DNA of 64,000 bases from Mytilus trossulus (lineage: Eukaryota), in contig NC_086384.1 of NCBI RefSeq assembly GCF_036588685.1, positions 7,564,001 to 7,628,000 of the forward strand, in the 5' to 3' direction. The position numbers and the translations under genes were made by a program. The notes under the pieces were generated by a model. That model searched no databases and was not told where the DNA came from. It worked only from the letters and a program-made list of their open reading frames with translations. Below, piece by piece: positions 34,419 to 47,237 of the stretch (position 1 is its first letter; each line of letters begins with the position of its first letter).

Positions 34419-37157
34419 TTGTTTGTTTGTTGTATGTTTTTTCATAATCCTCATCAAATATTGAATTCATTAAATAAGCTACCAGCATGGCATAAAATAA
34501 CGGACGATCAAATCGAAAAGTACAAACAATTTTTACACGAACCTTTACAAATTTTGATTAAGAAAATGGACTCAGATAATGCAGATATTGATACTATATA
34601 CAACGATATGGTGACTATTTTACATGCTGCCGCAGATAAAACAGTTCCGAAGTGTGGATTTAATCCTTTTACTAAACCGTATTGGACGGCTGGTGTTAAG
34701 ATTGCCCACGAGAAGGAACGATCATTACGAAAAGCCTGGGTTATTGACGGTCGTCCTAGAGGTATGCATCACGATTCATATAAGTTATACAAGAGAGCAA
34801 AACATGAATTCCGAAATATACAACAGGCTGCGTATGAACAATATATACAACAAACTAACGATGACATTAATAAGGCAGCTGAATGCGATATCCGTCTTTT
34901 TTGGAAACTCATTAAGCGTAATAAAACTGTCTCGTCTAAAATTTATCCTGAAATAATCCAAGATGATCATATATGCAACACTCCCGAAAGCATCGCTAAT
35001 GCATTTATGGACTACTTTTCGAAACTTTACCAACCTGACAGTGATGAAATGTATGATAATGACACGAAACAACAGATTGAACTTGATTACAATAAAATAT
35101 TAAAATCTTGTTACGAACAAAACGTGTATTTACCCGGTGGTATTATCCAAGAAAGTGAAGTTGATGGTATAATCAAACTCTTGAAGCGTAGAAAAGCTAG
35201 TGGTCATGACAAAATTCAACATGAACATCTGTTGTATGGTGGAAATACTTTAGTCCGATGCTTAACGACGTTATTCAATCTAGTTGTGAGTAAAGGTCGT
35301 ATCCCTTATGGATGGAAACTAGGTCTTCTTGTTCCATTATTTAAAGGCAACAATAAACCTAAGACTTCACCGGACAGTTACCGACCAATCACCTTACTTC
35401 CATGTGTTCTCAAAGTGTTCGAGCATATTATAAAGTCAAGATTGATGTTATATGTCTTCGATGGAAGTGTCTTTCCGAACCCTCAGCAGCAAGGTTTTCA
35501 GAAATATCTTGGATGTCTCACTGCATCTTTTAATTTACATGAAACTATATTTCATAATATTGAATTATTTAGTAAAATTTTTGTAGCATTCCTGGATAGC
35601 AGGAAAGCATTTGATACGGTATGGAGGCTAGGTTTAATGTACAAACTGTTTAAACTTGGTGTAAATGGTAAACTATGGTTAATTATTAATGACTGTCATT
35701 ATAATACGAAAAGTGCAGTTATTGTCAATCAATGTCAATCAGATTTTTTCCCTGTATTAGAAGGTGTACGACAAGGAGGTGTGCTCTCAGGGTTATTGTA
35801 TTTAGTTTTTATAAATGATTTAATTTGTGATCTGGAAAAATTTAATCCAAATACAGGTATTTTCAATATCAATTGTTGTGCACCTGCTCTTGCAGATGAC
35901 ATATCATGTATTGCCACATCTCCAGCTTCCTTGCAACGTATGCTTAATGTGTGTAACCAATATTCAAAGAAATGGCGTTTTCGTTTCAATGCAAATAAGT
36001 CGTGTATCATTCAATTTTCTGTGAATACGAGAGAGATCAATGTCAATTTTCCATGGTTTATTGGTAATGAACGTATCCCGATAGCAAATAACTATCTACA
36101 CTTAGGTATAGAACTAAACTCTCGATTTAAATCAAATCAAAGAACTGAAAGTTCATGTAGAAAAGGCAGAAACGCATACTTTGCATTGAATGGTATAAAG
36201 ACAAACGCAAAGAATCCATGTGTATTACTCAAACTATATAAAACTGTGATACTACCCAGTGTATTATACGGGTGTGAGATGTGGAATAACATGAAATCTT
36301 ATGACAAAGCTACTTTAAACCGGTTTCAACATTTTATAGTGAAACATATACTCAACTTGAAAACATCGACTCGATCTGATATGTGCGAAAGTATTCTTGG
36401 TATTCATCCAATAACAGGATATATTGACAAAAGAAAACTTATATTCCTACAAAAACTGTGTACCTTAGACATTTCCTCTCTTTCTAAGAAGATATTTCTT
36501 ACCAGGTTGTTTACTTTCTTTTTAGACTCTCAAAGGAAGCAATACGGATTTATTCCTGATATCATTGAGATTTTAAAACAGTATGGACTTATGAGTTACC
36601 TTCTTGACTATATTGAAGATGGAACATTTCCGTCAAAACAAATTTGGAAGTCTATCGTTTATAGCGCAGTTGATAGTATACAGTTAAACAATTGGTTACA
36701 CCGTGTTAATTCTGATGACAACTTCACACGGTTCAGGAATATTCACACATCAGTGACAATTACGGAATTTTGGAAACACTCAAGTTGTTTTAAGGAGATT
36801 AAAAATTCCTTTTTAATCACCAAATTACTAACTGAAATACCAAATACAACAAGTAATACATGTGATATATGTACAAGGAATTTTAAAGATGTTTATGTAC
36901 ACGCTTGCTGCAATTGCCCAAGTACTAATGAACAGTGCGAAGTATGGTGGGACATTTTAAGTAACAATTTTCCTGTGCAGCTTTACTGTGAATTAAGCAT
37001 GTATGACGACGAAATCCTGTTTCAAATTTTACTCGGTCGAAAACCACTGACAATTTTTTCAAGCATAGAGGAATCCGATCAATTTCTCAAGCTGTGTCAT
37101 GTACATGTTATCCAGTGTGTAGCAGAATATAGTCGATCTCTTAGACAGTGTTGTTAG
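34419..37157 (+). CDS. Non-LTR retrotransposon ORF2: reverse transcriptase plus C-terminal CCHC knuckle, endonuclease absent (5'-truncated)
   Basis: 912 codons without a stop. RT motifs KASGHD, YRPITLL, QQGF, FLDSRKAFDTV, GVRQGGVLS, ALADD, YLHLGI; CDIC…HACCNC at the C-terminus. Confidence 0.93.
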   Translation: MFVCCMFFHNPHQILNSLNKLPAWHKITDDQIEKYKQFLHEPLQILIKKMDSDNADIDTIYNDMVTILHAAADKTVPKCGFNPFTKPYWTAGVKIAHEKERSLRKAWVIDGRPRGMHHDSYKLYKRAKHEFRNIQQAAYEQYIQQTNDDINKAAECDIRLFWKLIKRNKTVSSKIYPEIIQDDHICNTPESIANAFMDYFSKLYQPDSDEMYDNDTKQQIELDYNKILKSCYEQNVYLPGGIIQESEVDGIIKLLKRRKASGHDKIQHEHLLYGGNTLVRCLTTLFNLVVSKGRIPYGWKLGLLVPLFKGNNKPKTSPDSYRPITLLPCVLKVFEHIIKSRLMLYVFDGSVFPNPQQQGFQKYLGCLTASFNLHETIFHNIELFSKIFVAFLDSRKAFDTVWRLGLMYKLFKLGVNGKLWLIINDCHYNTKSAVIVNQCQSDFFPVLEGVRQGGVLSGLLYLVFINDLICDLEKFNPNTGIFNINCCAPALADDISCIATSPASLQRMLNVCNQYSKKWRFRFNANKSCIIQFSVNTREINVNFPWFIGNERIPIANNYLHLGIELNSRFKSNQRTESSCRKGRNAYFALNGIKTNAKNPCVLLKLYKTVILPSVLYGCEMWNNMKSYDKATLNRFQHFIVKHILNLKTSTRSDMCESILGIHPITGYIDKRKLIFLQKLCTLDISSLSKKIFLTRLFTFFLDSQRKQYGFIPDIIEILKQYGLMSYLLDYIEDGTFPSKQIWKSIVYSAVDSIQLNNWLHRVNSDDNFTRFRNIHTSVTITEFWKHSSCFKEIKNSFLITKLLTEIPNTTSNTCDICTRNFKDVYVHACCNCPSTNEQCEVWWDILSNNFPVQLYCELSMYDDEILFQILLGRKPLTIFSSIEESDQFLKLCHVHVIQCVAEYSRSLRQCC

Positions 37158-37363
37158 ATGTGTCAATACATGATGTGTCACTGCATTTTTACTTAAACAT
37201 TGCTTGCATAGACTATTTATATATTATCTTTTGTGTATTTACCATATATTTTGCTCTTATACTAAAATTGTGTGTGTAATTATATTGTAACGTTTACTTA
37301 TATTTAATTATTGTATGTTCATTGAATCTCATTTATGAGGAATTAAAGATATGAATGAATGAA
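34440..37363 (+). mobile_element. 5'-truncated LINE (CR1/L2/RTE-X-type) with (ATGA)n tail
   Basis: RT ORF, ~190 bp 3' UTR, ATTAAA at ~37342, then ATGAATGAATGAA. The 5' boundary is approximate and the clade is uncertain. Confidence 0.85.
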
Positions 37364-39051
37364 CAAGAGCATATTAAAGGTGTGAATGAATAGAAGAATT
37401 TTTTTTAAGGCATTCTACTTTTATAACCATATTAAATAAATTACAAAATAAAATATAAGATAATCACTGGCTAGGTTCATGAATTGAGACAGACTCATGA
37501 GTATATTTCCAATACTATTATTCGTCTGCTTGTCGCATTTTTTTTTTAAATCTCAAACCTTTTGCTTTCATTCTGAACATGAATGAACTATTTGCCACTG
37601 TATGTTAAGTAACCAATTATCATTCAACCCTCTCTCTTTTCATATTGATCACTAAACTTACTTCATATATAGAAGGATACACAATAAACATAAGAAAAGA
37701 TAAAGCACTTAATCCCAAGTCAAATGTAGTTTTTAGTATAAATGGACAATTTGTTATCCCCCTTGTGATTGGATAAAAATATACATTTTGTCTTTTCGTA
37801 TTAGTTTCCTTATATAATATGTATCAAGGAAAGTAAGATATTATCCCACACAATTACAAGATATGGAAAATAATGTACGTAACGACTTTCCTTATTTATT
37901 ATTAATACCATATATCAAGCATTTAATGTTTTACTTATTTTTGTTTTGATGCATCTATGATTGGTATCAGCCTTTAGATGTCTGGTCGCTATGTTCTTAT
38001 ATTATAAATGAATTTTCATGCAAAAGTTGCGTATAAACTTCAATTAGGACAAAAAGTGCATTTAGTTAGGTCACAAGATGGTACAAAAATCGTTAGGCTA
38101 TTTCTTTTATGATGTTGAAAAAATAGAATAAAAAGTAGAGTAAAGACTAGCTGCGGTTAAAAATTTTAAATAAGAATTTTACTGTTTCCTGCAATTTTTT
38201 TATTTTGAGAACTACCTTTAAAATCAATCGTTGCGTTACTGAGAGTTGTTGAACTTAGAAGAAGATTTGAATGACTATATCATCAAATACATTGTATCTC
38301 GTCTGAAATTATGTTACGCAGAACTTCTTCAGAGTCATTACTGCACGGAAGTATTTTTTTTTCCAAATACAAAAATGTATATGCCGTCCTTTTTTTATTC
38401 TTTTTTTTTTTTAAGAAATATAAGTTCAAGTTCCTAATTTTATAGTTGATAAAAACACAATTCGTTCGATTGCATTATAGATGTATTCCCAATATTATAG
38501 GTTTAAATGTATATATATAGCCTTATCAGATCTCATAACAACATACACAAAATTTCACCTACTTGAGATGTATACATTTTATGTCAACATTTAATACGTA
38601 TTTCAAAGATTAAAAAAACGTTTCACGAAGTGTCCATAAATAAAACCATTTGATTTATAATTGTTTTATAGTTGCCATTATATGTTGTATATGTCCAATT
38701 TTACATCAGATATATGAGATATAATGTAACATTGAACAAATGAAATATCAGTTTAGCTTTTATCCAAGTCATAAAATTTTGAAAATTAATAAAAATATAT
38801 AGGTTGAGGGTTTAGAATTTGAATACTTTACATACAACAGCGGTAGATAAATGTTTTAATTTTCTTTGACACTTATGATGTGTCTTGGACAGGTTACACG
38901 TATGGTAAAATGACAGCTGTCGTTAACAAGTAAAGTCAAATTTAAACTGTTTGAAATTTTGAAAATTACATTCTATATACCATCATTTTGAAAAAGTAGA
39001 ATCAATTCTTAAAATGCTATACAAAAATGTAAATCCAGTTTCAGCTATGGC

Positions 39052-39336
39052 ATATAGATATAGGAAGATGTGGTGTGAGTGCCAATGAGACAACTCTCCA
39101 TCCAAACAACAATTCAAAAATTAAACCATTATAGGTTAAAGTACGGCCTTCAACACGGAGCCTTGGCTCACACCGAACAACAAGCTATAAAGGGCCCCAA
39201 AATAACTAGTGTAAAACCATTCAAACGGGAAAACCAACGGTCTAATCTATATAAACAAAACGAGAAACGAGAAACACGTATATATTACATAAACAAACGA
39301 CAACTACTGTACATCAGATTCCTGACTTAGGACAGG
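39052..39336 (+). repeat. Dispersed repeat family A copy (near-identical to 15800-16082)
   Basis: Direct sequence comparison; both give the same spurious MPMRQLSIQ… ORF. Confidence 0.85.
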
Positions 39337-39892
39337 ACTGTTTATATAAAGCTTTATACCATAGAGACGATAACAGACCTGGAAACGCACATCTTATATT
39401 GAGAACAATTGTAATAATATGTAAAAATTATTTCAATGTTTTATACTTACATCAAACCTATACCTATAGATTAGAATGCATCTTTTAAGTTTATTGTCAC
39501 GTAGAATCTAACGGAACTGACTGAACCGTGTTTACAAATTGGTGTGCAGACCAGGCGTCCCGGGAACTTTTCATTTTAGCATATATATAACATTTAACAA
39601 ATTAGCTAACATCATGCATGAAACTGAGTGAAGAAAAAAAATGTTTTAATAAAGAATTGAATGCTTCTTTTTGTATTTATTGGGGTGTAAAAGCGTTGAC
39701 CGAAGTACATTTTGTATGAAGCGCGGAATAACACGTTGTGTGCAGTTATCCTATTAGAATAAAGTATTATAATGAAACATACTTATAATGTAATTATTTT
39801 TTGGTTATAGACTCATTTTGAATGTTTTGCAATAGCGACTGTCAACAAATTTCTACACATGGAATGTTTTATAGCTATTTGTATTTTTTTGT

Positions 39893-40060
39893 TTTTTTTA
39901 TGCCCCAACTACGATAGTAGAGGGGCATTATGTTTTCTTGTCTGTGGGTCCGTTCGTCTGTCTGTCTGTTCGTTGTACCGTTCGTTCGTCCGTTCGTCCG
40001 TCCCGCTTCAGGTTAAAGTTTTTAGTTAAGGTAGTTTTTGATGAAGTTGAAGTCCAATTA
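39893..40060 (+). mobile_element. 5' portion of a Helentron-associated (HINE/DINE-1/pearl-like) element
   Basis: T-run, then ATGCCCC…GGGGCAT inverted repeat, then a (GTCY/GTTC)n microsatellite; this is the typical HINE layout. Confidence 0.7.
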
Positions 40061-41829
40061 TTAAAAGTATTTTTGTGTAAACGTTTCTTCTTTATTTGTT
40101 TCGTAACTATGATTTGCAATAGGCGAGTTTAATATGTTTACACCAAATGTTACTGCTAGTGCTGGAAAGGTCAATGGTCATTCAATTAGAATAGAAATGA
40201 TGGACAACAGATATAATTAAGTTTTGTATATTCTTTTCCTAATGGAAAAAGATAAAGCGTTTTATAAGATTTGAACTTTTTCTGCCCTTTCTTAAGACAT
40301 TGTGAATAAAGACAGTCGCCATTCTTATTTACATACAGATGAGAAAACTGTAGCTGATCCATTCGCTTCATAACTGTGGTCTTATAATGAATGTATTACA
40401 ATAAATGATGGTATCATATCGACCTTGCAGATTGCATATACATAACATTAAGTTCACTTTTTCTGCGTTTTATTTTATACCAATAACTTGTTTGTTCTTT
40501 TTCTATCAAATAAAGAAAACAAGAAAAAACTATGCGCGTCTTATAATTTTTTAGAAATCTTAAAAGTAAATACTTGGGCTGTCCCATAGGGATATACGAA
40601 ATAGACGATGGCGCCATTTCATCCACTAATGTGACAGTAAAAGTGGTCATCAAGAAGTCACTGTCTTTAATTTTTCGATGTCAATTATAAAACAAATTGT
40701 CTTTTTATTCTATTAATTCAAGTTAATCCTTGAAATCGCAGCGGACACAGTACTGCTAACGCTGAAGCATACACTGGTATCATGATTTAGCTTCAATTGA
40801 GTGTTTCAAGTATTGAAAACTGCCACATGGAATGGTTTGCTTAAAACATCCGCATCTCTTAAGTTTATTTGTAATATGGTGAACAAACAATAATGTAGTA
40901 GACCAAGCTGAGATTGAAGTTTTTTCTTTCGTTTTATTTTACATAAATAAGGCCGTTAGTTTTCTCGTTTGAATTGTTTTACATTGTCTTATCGGGACCT
41001 TTTATAGCTGACTATGCGGTATGGGCTTTGCTCATTGTTGAAGGCCGAACGGTGACCTATAGTTGTTAATGTCTGTGTCATTTTGGTTTTATGTGGATAG
41101 TTGTCACATTGGCAAGCATACCACATCTTCTTTTTTATTGTATCACTTAAGTTTATTTGTGATTATTATGAACGAACAATAATGTAGTACACCAAGCTGA
41201 GATTGAAGTTGACGAAATCATATAGTTATTTCATATACTAGGTTACTTTTTTTGTTATTGGTGCAAAATTAATTGATAGATAGAATTTGTGTTTTGTTTG
41301 GGGGTATATTGAATGATAGGTGGTATAATTTTCTTAAACTAAAAAAGAAATGTGCACTGAATGGATGTATCTTTTACATTTATAACATTTTTCAATTGTA
41401 GAACTATGGGATTTTAATAGTTTATGTTACAATACAGATGGGAATGATACTCTTTTTAACCATTTTTTAACACAACGTGTCTTGTTATTATAAAATTGAA
41501 AATTGAAATGGGGAATTTGTAAGAGAGACAACGACCCGAACAAAGAGCAGGAACCAGACCAATGCCATAAGTCCTTCATGGCTTCAATAAACATTACACA
41601 GCAACAAATCGGAAGACTTTTTGAAAAGTTTTAAGAAGAAATCTTCAATTGCACAGTATTGCGCAATATCGATAGATCTTTAATATCTTTGGATCATATT
41701 TATTTTGTGTCAGAAACCTATATTGCATCAAAACTGTAACAGCAATCCAAATCAGTCAATACCAAGCTTGAATAGTGTGTCCAAATTTACCCTAACTACC
41801 TCTACGGTCGTATTAGGCTGCACACATTC

Positions 41830-42035
41830 TTTTGCATCGAATTTGGCATACACAATCATCTCAGTACCAGAATCTATGACAAACAAGACGATTTAATTTT
41901 GAAATTATCAATTTCCCCCACCTTAATGGAAATCTACCAACGTCGCCTTCATATTGTATATACATTTCTCAACTTATTTGGAATTCAATAGCTTGCAGCT
42001 CCTACTCAGATGTTTTTAAAAAAACGTCACCAGGT
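41830..42035 (+). pseudogene. Penelope-like retroelement RT C-terminal relic
   Basis: Translates LSTRIYDKQDD[fs]NFEIINFPHLNGNLPTSPSYCIYISQLIWNSIACSSYSD, resembling the YDKRDDFNF.IVNFP…YG.YISQL.RY.RAC motif of bivalve Penelope-like RTs. Confidence 0.7.
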
Positions 42036-45000
42036 CTAAGTAGAAATGTGCCTTTTTATGCTTCTTTTTTTATATACTAGTATTTGTTTGTTTTTTAAAG
42101 TGATTAAGATTATAACACAATGCTGACTGCTGTACCCTTATTTTTTTACATTTGTATCTGTTATGTATTCTCATACAAGTGAGAGATTAAGCTATAAAGC
42201 CAGTTTTAATCCACCATTGTCTACAAACGAAAATACCTGTTCCAAGTCAAGAATATGACAGTTGTTATCCATTCATTTGATGAGTTTTTGATTTTTACCG
42301 TTTGATTAGGGACTTTCCGTTTTGAATTTTCCCTCGGAGTTCAGTATTTTTGTGACTTTACTGTTTTCGTATCTTCTAATGAATTCGATATTACCAAAAA
42401 TATTTAATTCGAGTGGTCACAGAGGCAAAACCATTAACGCGTATAAAAAATAACAACGGCAATATATATTCCTCAAACAATGCTTATTTATTGCAACAGG
42501 TATGAATAAAGGCAACAGTAGTACACCGCTGTTCGAAATTCACAAATCGATTGAGAAAAAAACAAATCCAGGTTACAAACTAAAACTGAGGGAAACACAT
42601 CAAATATAAGAGGAGAACCACGACACAACCTCTCGCTTTTATGGCAATGCTAAATATAACATTAAAATAACTACATTACATGATGAAACTAAAATAAAAA
42701 TAAATGGGGGAACATATACATGTAGGACAAAGAAGCACACGAATAATTTTCAACGTTATAAAGGACATATATAACACAATATATATGCACGTTTACTTCA
42801 AACAATTCCACACGCTGTGAAGCGTGGACACTTCTAATGCACCCAATAGTATGTTTTGCAATAGTTAAATTATTTGTAATCGTGCAATACCATTTATTCG
42901 TTTAATTTGCTCTAGATAGCTTTATGTAATAGTGTGGATTATTTAGCCTAAGTAATAAAAATAATTTTCTTAGATTGCAGATCTCTTGACCTAGACGCAC
43001 TGGTAAATTCTCAGAGTTAATTGAAATATAAGATATGAATAATTTGTGTTATCTTCTAAACACATTATGTCGATTCCGCTTTGCTTTTGATATTTCGTAA
43101 ATAATGTAGTAGTTTTATTTCTGTGATTACTTTATGAATAAATACAAGTAATTACAAATATAATTATTTGATTTGACATCTATTTAGTTAATGGGTTACT
43201 AGGGTTAACTGATGTCTTGAAACGTGATATAATGGATAAATATTGTTTTCAGTAAAGAAAATTGAACATTTACAAACGGTCTACGACAGACATTCTTCTT
43301 CGTTTAAAAAAGTAAAATCACAAAAAATACTGAACTTAGAGGAAAATCAATTCAGAGAGTCTATAATCACATGGCAAAATCAAATAACAAAACGCATAAA
43401 AACGAATGGACAAGAACTGTCATATTCCTGACTTGGTACAGGCATTTTCAAATGTAGTATTAAACTGAGGGTAACATGTTCACAGAGCTAGTAACACAAA
43501 GAGGTAGTACCAAAAACAGGGTGCGATAAAAGCCTTAGTTGACATTACTTTATACTAAATATAAAACTTTTATCTGAAAATTTCAAGTATGTACGTTTCA
43601 AAATCAAGAAGAAGATGTGGTGTGATTGCCAATGAGACAACTCTCCACAGGAGACCAAATGGCACAGAAATTAACAAAAGGTCACCGTACGGTCTTCAGC
43701 CATGAGCTAAGCCCACATGTATTAGATCCACATTTGATAAGTCACGGAAAATAATTTGTTTTCTTGAAGGAAAAAAATGCAAATAATTTATGGCCCCTTA
43801 TTAACGTTGTTCTTTTCTTGTGAACTTTTTTAGCCTTTTATAGAAGATTTAACTGTGAGGATGTTCTCATTGTTGAAGGTCTTACTGTGACCTACAATTG
43901 CTTTTTTCACGTTATTTTGGACTCTAATAGATATTTATCGCATGGGCAATCATACTACATCTCATCATATTGATGTATTGCGAATCACTTTGGCTCCACC
44001 TTCGTCTGTCTGTTTTCTTCCTATAAATCTATCTACCCAGTTGTCAATAACAAAGCTCAATTTCTCGGCGTTTGGGTTAAAAGTAATACTTCTAGTGTTT
44101 TATTCCAAATTATTTAAATATCGACATTGCATATCAGTTAATGATTTACCTGCGCAAACTGTTTTGTTAGCATAACTTACATGCCGAGCAGGGTCTTCCT
44201 ACCCTACCTGAACACCTGAGATCACCCCCAGTTTTTGGTGGATTTTTGTTTTTTTAGTTTTGAGTGTTCCGTGTTATGCTTTGTGTACAGTACTGTTGTC
44301 TGTTTTTTATTTTTTTTTATTTTTACGAGACGGTGTTGTCAGTTTATTTCTAACTGACTAGTTTGATGAATTTCCCTTTTGGTATCTTTCATCGCTCCTT
44401 TAATTTACTGTGAAGAAATACACGGTATTCATACACTTCATTGTAGGTGGTTTTTACAACAAACTTTTGTATAATTTAAGTAAAGAGAAAGGAACATGTC
44501 TTGTTATATACTTTGATTGTTGGTTGCTAAACGCGTCCAGTGACAAATATTTCATGCATGTTCAGGACGATCTGTTGTTTCAACTCTGGTTCAACAGATA
44601 TAAGCATTAATTTTTGCTATTTAAAAAATCAAAGAAAGTTACTGATGCCAAGTTCAATTTTGACATTTTGACATACGTCATCTTTACTTCATATCTATAC
44701 ATACCTTTTTAACCCCGCCACATTATTTATGTATAAATCTGTCCCAAGTCAGGAGCCTGTAATTCAGTGGTTGTCGTTTGTTTATGTGTTACATATTTGT
44801 TCTTGTTCAATTTTTACAGATAAGGCCGTTAGTTTTCTCGTTTGAATTGTTTTACATTGTCTTATCGGGGCCTTTTATAGCTGACTATGCGGTATGGGCT
44901 TTAATCATTGTTGAAGGCCGTAAGGTGACCTATAGTTGTTAATGTTTATGTCATTTTGGTCTTTTGTGGATAGTTGTCTCATTGATAATCATACCACATC

Positions 45001-45213
45001 TTCTTTTTTATATACCATATATCTAAACACATATTCTTACACATCGAAAATCCATTGCCTGGAGTAGCTTTTAACTTTCTTTCAAGTATTGGGTTGCCGG
45101 TTAATTTCTATGAAATCATATTAATGTTATAACTCATAAGACAACATAATGTTTTACAGCTGATATTTAAAAAATGAAAAATCAACGATCACAACTTTGA
45201 ACTTTGAATTCCG

Positions 45214-45292
45214 CTTGACGGAAAATACACCGTATGACTCCTCTTGACGGAAAATACACCGTATGACTCCTCTTGACGGACATACACCATAT
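45214..45292. repeat. 29 bp tandem repeat, ~2.7 copies
   Basis: CTTGACGGAAAATACACCGTATGACTCCT at 45214, 45243 and 45272. Confidence 0.9.
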
Positions 45293-45924
45293 GAATGTTT
45301 GTCTGTAGTTGGTTAAGAATCGATACACCCATCTATTGGAACTTGTGAATTTTTCATTGGTAACAATAGTGATAACAACATAATTTACGGATGAAACTCT
45401 AAGAATATTATATCGCCTTTGTGTGAATTCAAGGTTAAAGTGCCGACAAGTATAAGAGACATAACTCTGATTAACTTGCTGTTGTTTGATAAGGATATGC
45501 TAGCTAGTTTGGACACACGATCTGTCTTTAAATCAGATTAGTTAAATCATTGTATTTTTTTTATGGAATATCGAGTTCTTACAAGAGTACAAATACAAGT
45601 TTAGCTCAAACCACACGAATTACAAGAATGTACTTTAAAAACAAAATATTTGCAGAAACAAAGCAAGACGGTTAGGACACCAGTCAAGCAAAACTTAATA
45701 GATATCTGCCTTTATTATACTTTTTGGGGAATTTCCAAATTATGAAATGAAGAGTTCTAAAATTTAGGTTAAGAAATCCTGTTTTTTGTTCTGTTGTATT
45801 TTTTATTTATTGGCTACGATTTCTTTTGTAACGTTTTACTTGTTCTATTCTCATTTGAGTTATGTCTCTTTTTACTCAAGTTTTCTTTATTTTTGTAGCA
45901 AAGTTTTTGCTTGTTATTTTTAGG

Positions 45925-47237
45925 CAGTGGCTATTCGTCAGGCTAGCCGGACACATAGTAAAAAATGTCTATGGTTCCGGCAAACCGGACAAATAGCATG
46001 TTTACGGCATTTTGCTATTTGTCCGACTAAAATATAATGTTAGATACAAAATCGTGTTTTTAAGGAGAAAAATAAACAAGTTATGAAAATATTGTCTGAC
46101 ATCGTTTTATGAAAAAAACTTATTGAAATAAAAAAATAAAAAAACTTTGTGGCTCAGTTGATCACCGATCGGACTTTTATATTATTATGCATACAGACTA
46201 AGCCTGAAGGTCTAGTTCATATACTTATATCGTAGCATGATAAAGTTTTGAATGTGCATGTAAAAGTTACCCATGGAATTAAACATAACATCTCCTATCG
46301 AAATGAGACGGCGGTATTGTTAAAAACTGTGCAAATTATTTCAAATAAATCACTAAAAAAAATCAAATGCAAATAAATATACTTCAAAGTTTACATTTTA
46401 TTTAGATTTTTTGTTAATTCTAAAGGAATTTGAGGGGGAGGGCAAAAATTACTCTTCTTTTTAGTTGTTCTAGATCTGTGAATTTCTTGTACGGTAAAGA
46501 GTCGTGTCACTGATTATTTGCCTCAGTAGTCATCTATATAATTCCAAACCGAAATTCTGATTTTTTTCCCCCCTGGAAGTATGTATCATATCAGGTCGTC
46601 AAATGATTTTGCACGACTTTTTATTTAAAATGTTCGGTGATTTTCAATTCATTGGAAATAAAAGAAAAAAGTATGCACGTGTAACCTGCCCTAAAGAAAG
46701 ATTAGTGTTTACGATAGAAATGAATAGAAATAATATGTATTAGATAAAACAGAATAAAAAAGGGGGATACCCCAACCCTAGCTGGTATCCTATTCCCAGT
46801 CCAGGCATATCAGTGCATGTTCAAATATCCGTTGTAGAAGAACTTAGAAAAAAATGCAGCAAAGCATATTTGATTTAGCAATTTTTAGAAATGCGTTTTG
46901 GCTCCATAGGTAAATGGGGGTAATTCAGTTCAGTTTGATTCAGTCAGACTCGATCGTTCCTCTCAGCTATAACATGTATATGCTATTGTTCCGGCGTCTT
47001 TCCTATAGAAATTTGTTTTAAAGCAATAAAATTCTCTCTGACATCGTTGAATATAAATCACGATCCTCAATTCTCAAAACGTCCATTGCATACGCGTGTT
47101 TGTTATCCGACAACTCATTTGAGACACTTTCCGCGCCACATGACACTTCTGTTGATATTGAAGATTTGCGCATCCCAAAACGGAATGCCGGACAAATAGA
47201 GATTTTATACTATCCGTCCCCGGACGAATAGCCGCTC
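45925..47237. mobile_element. Old non-autonomous DNA transposon, possibly hAT-like
   Basis: Imperfect TIRs CAGTGGCTATTCGTC / GACGAATAGCCGCTC with subterminal CCGGAC motifs; no TSD recognisable. Confidence 0.5.

Noticed and set aside
34624-36024. Overlapping ORFs within the LINE RT (34624, 34785, 35735, 35827)
   Set aside because: Shadow frames of the RT coding sequence.
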